From a virus (taxonomy: Duplodnaviria; Heunggongvirae; Uroviricota; Caudoviricetes), in the IMG/VR virus record IMGVR_UViG_2654588006_000005, positions 1 through 43,929 of that record: a stretch of DNA of 43,929 nt. One strand, 5' to 3'. Position 1 is the first letter of the stretch. Every line of letters begins with the position of its first letter. Below the pieces are notes generated by a model, which saw only the letters and a list, made by a program, of their open reading frames with translations, made no database searches and was not told the origin of the DNA. A program made the position numbers and the translations under genes. Below, one piece after another: positions 1 through 10,607 of this stretch.

Positions 1-7
1 CATCCAA

Positions 8-40
8 CCGCAGCACGTTCTTGCTTAAGACGTGCTGCGG
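8..40 (-). terminator. candidate hairpin downstream of tfa
   Basis: Perfect 10-bp inverted repeat CCGCAGCACG (8-17) / CGTGCTGCGG (31-40) with a 13-nt loop, 15 nt past the tfa stop; no clean U-tract. Confidence 0.3.
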
Positions 41-54
41 CATAATCCCAATGA

Positions 55-639
55 TTACTCCCTGACAGGGTTCGTAGGCCACTCAATATCAGGTGCAGTT
101 GATGTATCAACACGGTTCAGCAACACCCGATACTTTTTCCAGGCTTCCAGCAACAAGGTTTCTTCCTCCGTTGCGATTTCCAGATCTACAGCATCCTGAA
201 GTGGCGCAATATGCTCATTCGCTGCCTGCATCAGGCTGTTTTTTGTTTCTTCCGCCTCCCGGATCCGGAATAGTTTTTCTGCTTCTGCATCTTTCACCCA
301 GGCTGTGCCGTTCCACTTCTGAAACTCCCCTTCCGGGGATAACCAAGTGGCATTTTCCGGTAACGGACCGAGTTCAGAAATAAATAACGCGTCGCCGGAA
401 GCCACGTCATAAACCGTTTTACCCCGATGATCTTCAACGAGATGCCACGATGCCTCATCACTGTTGAAAACAGCCACGAAGCCTGCCGGAATATCTGGCG
501 GTGCAATATCGGTACTGTTTGCTGGCAGACCTGTATGAGGCGGAATATATGCGTCACCTTCACCAATAAATTCATTAGTTCCGGCCAGCAGATTATAAAT
601 TTTTATGGTCCGTGGTTGTTCACTCATTCTGAATGCCAT
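55..639 (-). CDS. tfa: tail fiber assembly protein Tfa (194 aa)
   Basis: Translation [24 protein letters not shown]... is near-identical to lambda Tfa as I recall it; same 194-aa length; start overlaps the stf stop. Confidence 0.9.
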   Translation of the reverse strand: MAFRMSEQPRTIKIYNLLAGTNEFIGEGDAYIPPHTGLPANSTDIAPPDIPAGFVAVFNSDEASWHLVEDHRGKTVYDVASGDALFISELGPLPENATWLSPEGEFQKWNGTAWVKDAEAEKLFRIREAEETKNSLMQAANEHIAPLQDAVDLEIATEEETLLLEAWKKYRVLLNRVDTSTAPDIEWPTNPVRE

Positions 640-3600
640 TATGCAAGCCTCACAATATAGTTAAATGCGATGTTTTTGACGGTGTTTTCCGCGTTACCAG
701 CAGCGTTAACGGTGATGGTATGTCCATGTGAACCAATCGCAACGGAGTGCGTATGAGCACCAATACCGACAGTATGTGCGTGTGCACCTGCGCTTGCAGC
801 AGTACCCGATACAGAGTGCGTATGAGCGCCTGCAGAAGAAGTGTTAACACTGTATTTAGAATAATCAGGTGATCCACTTCCCGGAGCACCACTGGAACCA
901 CCTGAAACAAATGTCATCGAATGGGTATGTGCACCGGCTGAAGCAGCCGTACCGCTAACACTATGGGTATGCGCACCAGTGTTATTCGTGGATTTAGTGC
1001 CGTAATCAAACGACGATGTGGTTTTCGTCCCCAAATCCGTACTGGATGCGCTGGCGCTGTGGGTGTGCGATTTAATGCCGTCCTGTTCCTGAGACAATAC
1101 GGCACGACCACTGGCGGGCTTGCCCTTAATCGTCCAGCCACGCATATCAGGGATCACGCCTGACGGATAAGCAACTGCAAGTTTCGGGTAAGCAGATTTG
1201 TCAAAAGTCTGCCCCTGCATCAGGGCATAACCAGACGGAACGGTATCTGATGGCCACGGGATTGGTGCGCCGACTGGGTAGCTTTCTGGTGGAAGATTTT
1301 TCGAGGTATAAACTTCTGCCCAGTCTTCCTCAAAACCATAGCCATCTCTTGAGGAACGGTAGAACAGACCTCCATTTCTGTAATGTGCCTTCATCTGCAA
1401 GGTCCGGCAACTTCCGACTCCGGTATAGAAGTTAACCAGAATATAGCTGTCGCCAGAGCGGGTGACATTGTAAGCGCCTGATTCGGCATTCCATGGAACG
1501 CCCCCATCCGCATCGGCATACGTATCCGTTGCCCTTCTGGCAAAAGCAGCCACATGCGCGGCGGTTAAAGTAATATCTCTGGAACCATCAAACTCAACAC
1601 CAGAAACCCGTCTTGGCGTTTGCAGCTTTGTTGCTGTCAATGCGTTACCGTTCAGACTTGCAGACAGCTTGGTTCCAATAACCAGTTCGCCGGTTGCGTT
1701 ATCAATAGCAAACGGTCTTAATGTATTCCATCCACCATAAACATCACCTTGATTGGTAAGCAGCAGGTAAGTTTTAGCGCCATCATTACGCCATAATGCC
1801 CCATACTCCCCACCTATCATTCGAATCTGATTACCACCACGCGCTACAATTTCGTCTGTGGCAAAAAGTTTTTTGCACGACAAGTTATCGTTAACGATTA
1901 ACGAATGAGACTCATAAAAACCACGCCCACTCTTAAAATCAAGGATAACGTCCGCCGCGATACATTCAGTCGCCGGATTTGTTGCCCCAAACTTATAGGT
2001 CGTATCATTAACAACGAGATCAGCACCAGGTGCGGATATTGACAGGCCATCTTCGATAAACGCAAAAACAGGGAAAGCAGCGCCATCAACATAGAACACA
2101 GAGCGCAAATCATCGCCCTTATTACTCATCATTATTGAGTGGATGGCTCGTTCATTGTTTTGATATTGCCAGAACATGCCATAAGCATAACGCCCCCTGT
2201 CAGTCCAGCCACCAGGCATAACAAATCCGTTAAACTCGCAGTTATTCATCGGATCGCCTGCGGTTCGCGTTGCCGTGGTGATAATGACCCTTGATGCCAG
2301 TTCGCTTACTGAGCCAGCAGAACGCATAACAACAACAGGGTAATATTTTCCAGATGTTGCACCTGCAGGAGCGTTAACCCGCACATAACGCATACCACGC
2401 TTATCAGCAAAGTCTGTTTTACTGACCGCGTTAATGTTGTTCAGGAAGCGTCCCTTATCGGGTATATCAGCGCCGTTCTGGTCTTTCTGCAGACGTTTCT
2501 CTGCATTGTCATAGGCTGATTTTACTGCCTTTGGCGTTGCCGCCAGCGTTTCAGACGTACTGTTGGTCGCACTGCTGAGCTGTACTATCCCCTTTTTCGT
2601 CGTACTTGCATCCTCAAGCGCCACGGCGGATGCAATATCCTCTGCCCGTTTTGCCGCTGTCTCGGCGCGCGTTGCCGCGGATTCCGCCGTACTTTTGCTC
2701 TGTGCTGCCGCCGTCGCACTGCCAGCTGCCTCTGTCGCCTTCGTGGATGCTGTCGTGGCGCTGCCCTTCGCTGCGGACGCTTGTCTGGTCGCCTCATCTT
2801 TTGAAGCAGACGCCGATGATGCCGATGACGCCGCCGAACTGGCGGACGATGCGGCAGCCGTTTTTGAGGATTCTGCGCTGGTTTCCGACGCTTTCGCGTT
2901 CGTCTCGGATGTCTTCGCTGCGGAAGCAGACCTCGCTGCTGCGCTGGCCTGTACAGCGGCTTCGCCAGCCTTCGTTGTGGCTGTTGAAGCGGACGATGCA
3001 GCACTTTCTGCCGATTTTCCGGCGGCGGTGGCACTGGCTGAGGCCTGCCCGGCATTTGTTGACGCGGCGCTGGCAGATGAGGCAGCCGCTGTTTTTGAGT
3101 CTGCTGCTGCGGAGGCACTCTGTGCTGCTGCCGTCTCAGAAGACTTAGCGTTCGTCTCGGACGTTTTTGCCGCCTTCGCGGAATTTCCTGCCGCTGTTGC
3201 CGAGGAGGCTGCACTACTGGCGCTCGAGGCTGCGCTCGTTTCTGATGATTTTGCCGCCTCTTTTGAGGCCGCCGCATCCCGGGCTGAGGTGGCAGCTTCT
3301 GACGCCTTCGTGGTCGCGGCGGATGCAGAAGTGGCTGCTGATTGTTGTGACGCTGCCGCATTCGTTTCTGACGTTTTCGCCGCAGCGGCACTGGTGGCCG
3401 CCGCGCTTTTTGAGGACTCTGCAGCAGCAGCACTTTTCGATGCTTCACTGGCCTTTGTTGATGCCGTTCCTGCGCTGGAAGATGCTGACTGAGCAGATGA
3501 TGCAGCCTGTCCGGCTGACGTGCTGGCGGCACGAGCTGAGCCTGCAGCATCGGTTGTATGAGTTGCCGCCTCACTGGCAGATGTGCTGGCATCACTGGCT

Positions 3601-3989
3601 GACTTCTTCGCGGCTGCCGTGTTCTGTGCCACTGCGGACGCGTTACGCGCCACCTCTTCCACCATCAGTTCAAAACGTCGCAGAGCCTCCGGACGGGCAT
3701 CATCCTCCGTCATGGCACCGAGAAAATCATTCAGCGTACCGGGTCGGGAATCTTCATACACGGTGATGGTCCCGGCATGTGACGGCGGGAATCCTTCCAC
3801 CAACAGAATAACGCTGTACTGACCGTACTCAACGTCCATGCTGTAACGCCCGGCTTCATCCGGATTTTCTGAGGCCAGCGTGTTCACCACCACCGCGGTG
3901 CTGTTACGTTTTGCTTTCAGCTGGATTGTGCAGTTCTGTACCGGTTTTCCTGTGCCGTCTTTCAGTACACCTGAAATCTTTACTGCCAT
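639..3989 (-). CDS. stf: side tail fiber protein Stf (about 1116 aa), mosaic
   Basis: N-terminus [26 protein letters not shown] and C-terminal GAHTHS/HxH repeat region match lambda Stf; long Ala/Ser/Thr-rich low-complexity stretch; central ~500 aa differ from lambda. Start placed at the third codon of the track ORF (MAVKISG). Confidence 0.85.
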   Translation of the reverse strand: MAVKISGVLKDGTGKPVQNCTIQLKAKRNSTAVVVNTLASENPDEAGRYSMDVEYGQYSVILLVEGFPPSHAGTITVYEDSRPGTLNDFLGAMTEDDARPEALRRFELMVEEVARNASAVAQNTAAAKKSASDASTSASEAATHTTDAAGSARAASTSAGQAASSAQSASSSAGTASTKASEASKSAAAAESSKSAAATSAAAAKTSETNAAASQQSAATSASAATTKASEAATSARDAAASKEAAKSSETSAASSASSAASSATAAGNSAKAAKTSETNAKSSETAAAQSASAAADSKTAAASSASAASTNAGQASASATAAGKSAESAASSASTATTKAGEAAVQASAAARSASAAKTSETNAKASETSAESSKTAAASSASSAASSASSASASKDEATRQASAAKGSATTASTKATEAAGSATAAAQSKSTAESAATRAETAAKRAEDIASAVALEDASTTKKGIVQLSSATNSTSETLAATPKAVKSAYDNAEKRLQKDQNGADIPDKGRFLNNINAVSKTDFADKRGMRYVRVNAPAGATSGKYYPVVVMRSAGSVSELASRVIITTATRTAGDPMNNCEFNGFVMPGGWTDRGRYAYGMFWQYQNNERAIHSIMMSNKGDDLRSVFYVDGAAFPVFAFIEDGLSISAPGADLVVNDTTYKFGATNPATECIAADVILDFKSGRGFYESHSLIVNDNLSCKKLFATDEIVARGGNQIRMIGGEYGALWRNDGAKTYLLLTNQGDVYGGWNTLRPFAIDNATGELVIGTKLSASLNGNALTATKLQTPRRVSGVEFDGSRDITLTAAHVAAFARRATDTYADADGGVPWNAESGAYNVTRSGDSYILVNFYTGVGSCRTLQMKAHYRNGGLFYRSSRDGYGFEEDWAEVYTSKNLPPESYPVGAPIPWPSDTVPSGYALMQGQTFDKSAYPKLAVAYPSGVIPDMRGWTIKGKPASGRAVLSQEQDGIKSHTHSASASSTDLGTKTTSSFDYGTKSTNNTGAHTHSVSGTAASAGAHTHSMTFVSGGSSGAPGSGSPDYSKYSVNTSSAGAHTHSVSGTAASAGAHAHTVGIGAHTHSVAIGSHGHTITVNAAGNAENTVKNIAFNYIVRLA

Positions 3990-4053
3990 ATTCACCCCAC
4001 AAAAAAGCCCGCCTGAACAGGCGGGCTGTCATAACACTGTGTTACCTGGCTAA

Positions 4054-4653
4054 TCAGAACTTATAACCGACACCCACGATGAAACCGTCAGTGCGCCAGT
4101 CGCCACTGCCGGAGCCTTCATAAGCAATATCAATGGCCACGGATTCGGTCGGGTTAAACTGCACGCCAGCTCCCCACGCCAGAGACGTGTTGCTGTGGCG
4201 ACCGTCATCACTTCCGGTCAGCACGTCGTGCGTTTTCCCCTTGTTGTCAGTTACGCGAAGATAATCCCCGGAGAAAGTCGACACACGGCTGTAAACTACA
4301 CCCGCCATCGCATACGCGCTGAACCATTCATTCACGCGCACAGACGGCCCCGCCATTACGCTGAACCAGCGGTTACGAACGGAATCTTCATGCCAGCGGG
4401 TATCGCTGTAACGGGTCAGCTGGCGATTCTTGTCTCCTGCATAGCTGAATGACGTCACCATTCCCAGAGTGTCCGTAAACTCATAACGGTATTTCACGTT
4501 AATCCCGTTCAGATCATCGCTGCCGGAAACGTTCGTCGAGGCATGAAGATAGCCCGCGCTCAGCGTGGACTGATGTTCAGACGCCCATGCAGGCGCACCG
4601 GATACGGCCAGACAGATGGCTGCGGACAAAATGGCGGCATAAAGTTTACGCAT
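4054..4653 (-). CDS. lom: outer-membrane protein Lom (Ail/Lom family, 199 aa)
   Basis: Signal peptide MRKLYAAILSAAICLAVSGAPAWA, beta-barrel-like sequence ending ...GVGYKF, syntenic between J and stf as in lambda. Confidence 0.85.
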   Translation of the reverse strand: MRKLYAAILSAAICLAVSGAPAWASEHQSTLSAGYLHASTNVSGSDDLNGINVKYRYEFTDTLGMVTSFSYAGDKNRQLTRYSDTRWHEDSVRNRWFSVMAGPSVRVNEWFSAYAMAGVVYSRVSTFSGDYLRVTDNKGKTHDVLTGSDDGRHSNTSLAWGAGVQFNPTESVAIDIAYEGSGSGDWRTDGFIVGVGYKF

Positions 4654-4719
4654 AATTACCTCTCGCTTTTCTGCAATAAAAAAGGCGTCATTTCTGACGC
4701 CCGTTATGGGTTATAAAAT

Positions 4720-7700
4720 TCAGCTGATACTGATACCTGCTGTGGATTTTTTCATCACCACAACCAGCAGATCGCTGATACTGGTTGTTGGTGTCCAGTT
4801 ATTCGCTCCTGATGAAGATACGGTGAATGTCAGTGTCAGCGTCCCCTGTCCGGCAGGCATATCTATAACTGAGGAAAATACGCCCTGAGCATCCGTCGTG
4901 GACTGATTAAAAATCTCCTGACCATTGCGGGTCACTCTTAACCGGCAGGTTGAATACCAGTATGACTGTTGGTTATTACTGTTGAAATTCTCATGCTTAC
5001 CACCGCGGAATAACACTGGCGGTATCATGACCTGCCGGTCAAATTTCTGATCATCACTGATTCTTACCGTGATGGTGCCACTGGCATAACTGTTCGTGCG
5101 GGGGAAAGACTTGCTGACCGTTTTGACAATATCGCCTTCAATCTGATTGGCTGACAGTTTCCCCTTAATCTGACAGTTTTCATTAATCGTGACATTGTTG
5201 AGCGTCCCTGAATTTGCATTCACATTACCGCTGATATCCGCATTTTTAGCGGTCAGCTTTCCGTCTGGTGTCAGGGAAAATGCCGGCGGATTTCCACCGC
5301 TGGTAATGGTGGGAGCCGTCAGGCGTTTCAGGAACACGTCGTTCATGAATATCTGATCGCCCTGACCAACAAACATCGGTTTTGTGTTGCCATTCGCAGG
5401 ATTAACCATCGCAATCCTGTCCGCCGCCAGCAGCACCTGACTCTGCATGCCGTCAGGGGTGTTCTCAATACCGGCACCAATACCCGCGATATAAAGGCGT
5501 CCGTCCTGCATCTGCTGCAGCTTCACAGCCCACATGCTGTTCAGGTTATTATTTGTATCAACCTGAACCTTCTGTATCTGCTGAATTGCAGCACTCTGGT
5601 CTTCCAGTTTCTTATTGACGGTCTGCGTGATTTCATTGCTGACATCCGTAATGGACGTCCTGATTTCAGCCAGGTCAGGCGCAAGCTGACCGTTATCAAT
5701 CTGCGTCCACAGATCCTGAGCCAGATGGGTTTTCCCTATCTCGCCTTTGAAAAAATCCAGATAACCGGATGCATCATCACTCGGCTGACCAACAGCCTCC
5801 ACGAATGCCGATTTGCCAACGGTGTTCACACTGCGAACGTAAAAATAATAATTATGGCCCGGCCTGATATTGATACTGGCGGCTATCCAGTACAGCGCCG
5901 TGCCAAGATAGCGTGCTGTGGTTTCAACCTGCCTGATATCCGCAATCCGCTTTTCCGAGAACCAGAACTCAAACTGTACCGTCGGATCATAAACCGCAAG
6001 ATGCGGCGTGGCGGTTATCTGAAAATAGCCCGGCGTCAGCTCAATCCGCGACGGCGCTGCCGGTGCGGCAATCCGGAACGATACCGACGCCGGATCGCCC
6101 TGCTGCCCCCACGCATTTACTGCCCGGACTGTCAGCCTGTAGTTCCCCAGCGCCAGTTGTGTGAAGCGGTAAGTGGTTTCCGTCGTCCGGGCCGTGCTGA
6201 CCAGCCACTCACTGCCGTCATCCGCTGTTACGGTCAGACGGAGCAGGAAGCTCACGCCCTTCACCACCTTCGGCGTGTCCCAGCGCGCCAGCACCTGATA
6301 TTCCCCGCTGTCTGCGGTGACTTCGGCGGTCAGGTGCTGCACCGCTGGCGGCGTGACACCATTCACCGTGCCGCTCTGGTCGCCGTCAAAGTGCGCCCCG
6401 TTATCCACGATGGCTTCTTTTTCCGGTACATGCTGCACGGCGGTGATGGCATACGTGCCGTCGTCGTTCTCACGGATACTCACGCAGCGGAACAGGCGCT
6501 GGCGCAGCGTCGGCAGCTTCAGCCCCCACACGCTGTATTCAGCAACGCCGTCAGGAACACGGCTCACTTTCACCTTCACGCCGTCGGTGACGGACTGAAC
6601 CTCCACGCTGACCGGATTGCCACTTCCGTCAACCAGGCTTATCAGCGTGGTACCGGAGGATGGCAGCGTGATTTCACGGTCGAGCGTCAGCGTCCGGGTC
6701 TGGCTGTTTACCGCCAGCACGCGCCCGCCGGTGCGGATACCGGCATAGTCATCATCACAGATTTCAATGACATCGCCCGGCACATGGCGAAGCCCTTCTG
6801 CGCCCACGCTGAAGTCCACGGTCTGCGTTTCCAGCAGTTCTGTTTTAATCAGCCACAGCCCGGCGCGATGTGCCTGCCCCCGGCTGGTACAGCCAAAGGC
6901 ATCCATCTTCGTGACATTACGACCGTAACGGGCAATGGCCTGCGTGTCCTCCACAAGCTCTGTCGCCGTCTCCCAGCCGTTATCCGGGTCAATCCAGTTC
7001 ACCTCAACGGCATTATGGCGGTCCTTCAGGGCGCTGAAGCTGTAGCGGAACGGCGCGCCATCATCCGGCATCACCACATTACTGCGGTTATAGGTCCACA
7101 CCTTATCTGATGGTCGGTCCTGCACGAACGTCAGCGTCTGCCCGTTCCATACCGGCATACAGCGCATCGCCGAGCAGAAATCACTGAGCACATCCCACGC
7201 CTTGCGCTGTGTGGTCAGGTACGCATTACAGGTGATGCGCGGCTCCGTGCCGCCAAAGCCGTCCGGCACTGACTGGTCGCAGTACTGGCCGATGACATAC
7301 AGCGCCCATTTATCCACATCCGCCGCACCAAGACGTTTCCCCATGCCGTAGCGCGGATGGGTCAGCATATCCCACAGACACCAGGCCATGTTGTTGCTGT
7401 ATGCCGGTTTAAACGTTCCGTCCCAGATACCGCTGTATTGCCGCGTCTGCGGGTTATAGTTCGACGGCACCTGCAGAATGCGCCCGCGCAGATGATAATT
7501 ACGGCTCACCTGCTGGCTGCCGAACTGCTCCGAATCCACCTGCACGCCGACCAGTGCCGTGTTCGGGTAGCACTGTTTCACATCGATGATTTCGGTGTAT
7601 GACGACCAGAGCGTTTTGTTCTGCAGCTGGTCTGTGGTGCTGTCCGGCGTCATCCTGCGCATCCGTATATTGAACGGGCGCGGCGGCAGGTTACCCACCA

Positions 7701-8202
7701 CCACCGAGGCCAGATACTGCGAGGTGGTTTTGCCCTTAATGGTGATGTCTTTTTCCGTCACCCAGCCACCGTTACGTTGTATCTGAACCAGCAGGCGGAC
7801 TTCCGATGGATTCCTGTCCCCCTTTGAGGTGGTTTCCACCAGTGCCTGCACGCCGAAAGTAAAACGCAGACGGTCAATGTTTGCCGACGTGATGGTCCGG
7901 GTGATCGGCGTGTCATATTTCACTTCCGTACCCAGCACCGTCTCGGAGCCGGAGGATTCAAATCCCTCCGGCGGAGTCTGCTCCTGCTCACCAGCCCGGA
8001 ACACCACCGTGACACCGGCGATGTTGGTATTCCCCTCACTGTCCAGCACCGGCGTACTGTTCAGCAGTACGCTTTTTAATCCATCCACCGGACCTTCAAC
8101 CGGCCCTTCACTGATGGCGTCTATCACGCTCAGCATCTGGGATGATTTCAGGTTGTCCTTCGCTTCGCGCGGGGTATGCCCCTTACTGCTGCCTTTACCC
8201 AT
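4720..8202 (-). CDS. J: central tail fiber / host specificity protein J (1160 aa)
   Basis: N-terminal ~800 aa near-identical to lambda J as recalled ([20 protein letters not shown]...); C-terminal third diverges; lambda J is 1132 aa. Confidence 0.9.
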   Translation of the reverse strand: MGKGSSKGHTPREAKDNLKSSQMLSVIDAISEGPVEGPVDGLKSVLLNSTPVLDSEGNTNIAGVTVVFRAGEQEQTPPEGFESSGSETVLGTEVKYDTPITRTITSANIDRLRFTFGVQALVETTSKGDRNPSEVRLLVQIQRNGGWVTEKDITIKGKTTSQYLASVVVGNLPPRPFNIRMRRMTPDSTTDQLQNKTLWSSYTEIIDVKQCYPNTALVGVQVDSEQFGSQQVSRNYHLRGRILQVPSNYNPQTRQYSGIWDGTFKPAYSNNMAWCLWDMLTHPRYGMGKRLGAADVDKWALYVIGQYCDQSVPDGFGGTEPRITCNAYLTTQRKAWDVLSDFCSAMRCMPVWNGQTLTFVQDRPSDKVWTYNRSNVVMPDDGAPFRYSFSALKDRHNAVEVNWIDPDNGWETATELVEDTQAIARYGRNVTKMDAFGCTSRGQAHRAGLWLIKTELLETQTVDFSVGAEGLRHVPGDVIEICDDDYAGIRTGGRVLAVNSQTRTLTLDREITLPSSGTTLISLVDGSGNPVSVEVQSVTDGVKVKVSRVPDGVAEYSVWGLKLPTLRQRLFRCVSIRENDDGTYAITAVQHVPEKEAIVDNGAHFDGDQSGTVNGVTPPAVQHLTAEVTADSGEYQVLARWDTPKVVKGVSFLLRLTVTADDGSEWLVSTARTTETTYRFTQLALGNYRLTVRAVNAWGQQGDPASVSFRIAAPAAPSRIELTPGYFQITATPHLAVYDPTVQFEFWFSEKRIADIRQVETTARYLGTALYWIAASINIRPGHNYYFYVRSVNTVGKSAFVEAVGQPSDDASGYLDFFKGEIGKTHLAQDLWTQIDNGQLAPDLAEIRTSITDVSNEITQTVNKKLEDQSAAIQQIQKVQVDTNNNLNSMWAVKLQQMQDGRLYIAGIGAGIENTPDGMQSQVLLAADRIAMVNPANGNTKPMFVGQGDQIFMNDVFLKRLTAPTITSGGNPPAFSLTPDGKLTAKNADISGNVNANSGTLNNVTINENCQIKGKLSANQIEGDIVKTVSKSFPRTNSYASGTITVRISDDQKFDRQVMIPPVLFRGGKHENFNSNNQQSYWYSTCRLRVTRNGQEIFNQSTTDAQGVFSSVIDMPAGQGTLTLTFTVSSSGANNWTPTTSISDLLVVVMKKSTAGISIS

Positions 8203-8262
8203 TCCTCACGCTCCATAAACGACAAAACCGCCCGCAGGCGGTTTCACATAAAATGTTTTGCA

Positions 8263-8934
8263 TCAGCGACCAATCACCACAACCTGACCACCGTCCCCTT
8301 CGTCTGCCGTGCTGATTTCCTGAGATACCACCCGCGACCCCACGCGCATTTCACCGTACAGAACGGGCAGAACATTGCCCTGGGCAACCATGTTATCCAG
8401 TGAGGAGAAATACGTGTTTTGTTTGCCGTTATCCGTTGTCTGTGTACGGGGAGTTCTGGCTTTCGGTGCCAGCATCTGCGCCACACCACCAAGTACCATA
8501 CTGGCACCGAGAGAAAACAGGATGCCGGTCATACCACCGGCCCCAATGGCTGCCCCCCATGCTGCAAGGGTGGCTCCGGCGGTAAAGAATGATCCGGCAA
8601 TGGCGGCTGCTCCCAGGACAATCTGGAATACGCCCCCTGACTTGGCCCCGGCGACTCTGGGAACAATATGAATCACAGCGCCGTCAGGCAGAACCTCATG
8701 TAACTGCGCCGTCAATCCGGACGTGCTGACGTCCCGCCCGGAAATCCGTACCTGATACCAGCCGTCGCTCAGTTTCTGACGAAACGCCGGGATCTGCATG
8801 GCCAGCGCCCGAATGGCTTCAGCCCCCGTTTTCACACGAAGGTCGATGCGGCGGCCAAATCGTTGTAAATCCCCGTAAAGGCAGATGCGCGCCATGCCCG
8901 GTGACGCCAGAGGGAGTGTGTGCGTCGCTGCCAT
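8263..8934 (-). CDS. I: tail tip assembly protein I (223 aa)
   Basis: MAATHTLPLASPGMARICLYGDLQRF...; 223 aa as in lambda; overlaps the 3' end of K by 103 nt, the same overlap as in lambda. Confidence 0.85.
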   Translation of the reverse strand: MAATHTLPLASPGMARICLYGDLQRFGRRIDLRVKTGAEAIRALAMQIPAFRQKLSDGWYQVRISGRDVSTSGLTAQLHEVLPDGAVIHIVPRVAGAKSGGVFQIVLGAAAIAGSFFTAGATLAAWGAAIGAGGMTGILFSLGASMVLGGVAQMLAPKARTPRTQTTDNGKQNTYFSSLDNMVAQGNVLPVLYGEMRVGSRVVSQEISTADEGDGGQVVVIGR

Positions 8935-9575
8935 TTGTCGGTATACCTCTCTCGTTTGCTCAGTTGTTCAGGAATATGGTGCAGCAGCTCGCCATCACCA
9001 CAGTAAATGGCGGCATGATTCGGCACCGATGAACCAAAACAGCACAGCAGCACATCGCCCGGTTGTGCTGATGACAACGGCACCTGATACAGCCCTGTGG
9101 CCTCCAGATTATCCAGATAGAGATTCTGGCCGTGACGCCACCAGTCATCCTCACGATGAAAGTCCGGCATCTCAATCCCCGCCAGATGATAAGCATCCCG
9201 GAACAGCGTGTAACAGTCCGTCACCCCGTGCTCAAAGCGCCGCCCGGTGAGATGCGGCACACAGCGGAACTTATGAATCGTCCCCCGGCAGACCAGCCAC
9301 CACGGCAAATCACTCTGCACCTGCAGCCGCCGGTCGGCCTCACTCAGCCAGGGCAGACCACCGGGGTGGCTGTGGACCAGCGCCACAATCTCACCCTGCA
9401 TTTCTGCCTGCAGCCAGTCCTCCGGAGCCATCCGGAAATAATCCTCCGGCTCACCGGAAATATTCACGCAGGGAAAATATCTTTCCCCCTCCGGCGTTCT
9501 CACCACGAAGCCGCACGACTCCGCTGGCGCACATCGCCGGGCGTGCGCCAGAATCGCTGATTCTGTCTCTGTCAT
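8832..9575 (-). CDS. K: tail tip assembly protein K (MPN/JAMM + NlpC/P60-like), 247 aa from MTETE
   Basis: ALVHSHPGG (JAMM HxH) and C-terminal Cys/His segment; start chosen at the ATG overlapping the L stop; the lambda reference annotates a shorter 199-aa form from an internal Met (here about 9431). Confidence 0.8.
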   Translation of the reverse strand: MTETESAILAHARRCAPAESCGFVVRTPEGERYFPCVNISGEPEDYFRMAPEDWLQAEMQGEIVALVHSHPGGLPWLSEADRRLQVQSDLPWWLVCRGTIHKFRCVPHLTGRRFEHGVTDCYTLFRDAYHLAGIEMPDFHREDDWWRHGQNLYLDNLEATGLYQVPLSSAQPGDVLLCCFGSSVPNHAAIYCGDGELLHHIPEQLSKRERYTDKWQRRTHSLWRHRAWRASAFTGIYNDLAAASTFV

Positions 9576-9579
9576 GGGA

Positions 9580-10278
9580 TTACTGCGAAAGTTTGTTAAT
9601 GGAAAGGAAGCCGCCAAAGTTGCCGACGTTATTGCGAAACTTACAGCCACTCAGGCATTTGCTGCATTTATCCTTCGTGATATCGAACGTTGGCTGGTCA
9701 TATTCATCCGCGACCGCCGGACCGTGATAACCGCACTCATCGCCGCGATAGGTCCAGGTGCAGGTGTTGGCCAGCATGATACGTCCCGGAAAAACAGCGC
9801 CGTCCGTTTCCGTCGGCGTGGACAGTACAAAAGAGGCACTCACCGCGCTCAGTTCGCTGCACTGCTCAATGCGCCAGCGGCTGATCACCTCCTGCTCCGG
9901 ATCGGCGTCACTGTTTCCGTTGACGAAGTTCACCGCATCCAGAAAACGGGCGTAAACCTTACGCCGGACCACCGTTCCGCCGACCAGACTCTGCAGATCT
10001 TCCGCCATCCCGGTGACCATGCCGTGCAGGTTAGAAACCGTCAGTGTCGGACGGGCAGCACTGCCTTTGCCGTTCAGTTCAAATCCCGTCCCCTGAATGG
10101 GATACGCCTGATACTGTCGCCCCTGCCAGGTGACCGGCTCACCTTTATCGTTCTGCTCATTACAGAAAAAATAACGTTCTCCACCGACCTCTGTCAGGTC
10201 GATTTCCCAGAGCACCACGCTGGCCGACTGCTCCGCACGGGTGCATTCATTCAGTGTTTCCTGCCGGATATCCTGCAT
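9580..10278 (-). CDS. L: tail tip protein L (232 aa)
   Basis: 232 aa as lambda L; C-terminal Cys cluster (CSKCLSGCKF); synteny M-L-K-I. Confidence 0.9.
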   Translation of the reverse strand: MQDIRQETLNECTRAEQSASVVLWEIDLTEVGGERYFFCNEQNDKGEPVTWQGRQYQAYPIQGTGFELNGKGSAARPTLTVSNLHGMVTGMAEDLQSLVGGTVVRRKVYARFLDAVNFVNGNSDADPEQEVISRWRIEQCSELSAVSASFVLSTPTETDGAVFPGRIMLANTCTWTYRGDECGYHGPAVADEYDQPTFDITKDKCSKCLSGCKFRNNVGNFGGFLSINKLSQ

Positions 10279-10607
10279 CAGTTCACCACCTGTTCAAACT
10301 CTGCGCTGAACTCAACACGCAGCATACTGACCCGCGACGACCATTTTGCGCAGGTCACCTTTATCTGCCGCCACTCATAAGGCGGCGTCCACAGAAAGGA
10401 TTTCCAGCCACCGTGCTCTTCCAGAAACGACTCCAGTACCGTGGCCTCCTCACGGGGGACAGAAAGCGTCACGCTGTACGTTTTCAGGTTGGCATTCAGC
10501 CCGGCAGGCGCTCGCTGGGAATAGCCATCACCAAAGCGCACCTTTCTTACAGAAGGGGCCGAAGCCACATCCATACCGGGTTTCACTTTCCAGCGGAAGG
10601 TTTTCAT
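10278..10607 (-). CDS. M: tail tip protein M (109 aa)
   Basis: MKTFRWKVKPGMDVASAPSVRKVRFGDGYSQRAPAGLN...; 109 aa as lambda M; overlaps the H stop. Confidence 0.9.
   Translation of the reverse strand: MKTFRWKVKPGMDVASAPSVRKVRFGDGYSQRAPAGLNANLKTYSVTLSVPREEATVLESFLEEHGGWKSFLWTPPYEWRQIKVTCAKWSSRVSMLRVEFSAEFEQVVN

Noticed and set aside
2563-3595. Large ORFs on both strands (309 aa plus, 336 aa minus, 180 and 199 aa plus) inside the stf Ala/Ser-rich repeat region
   Set aside because: Shadow frames of a GC-rich, low-complexity coding repeat; the translations are Ala/Arg/Pro-rich nonsense and they lie wholly within the well-supported stf ORF.
5725-7110. 461-aa plus-strand ORF antisense to J
   Set aside because: Lies entirely inside the strongly supported J gene on the opposite strand; Arg-rich composition typical of antisense frames of GC-rich genes.
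9574-10380. 268-aa plus-strand ORF antisense to L and M
   Set aside because: Antisense shadow of conserved tail genes; no RBS or homology support.
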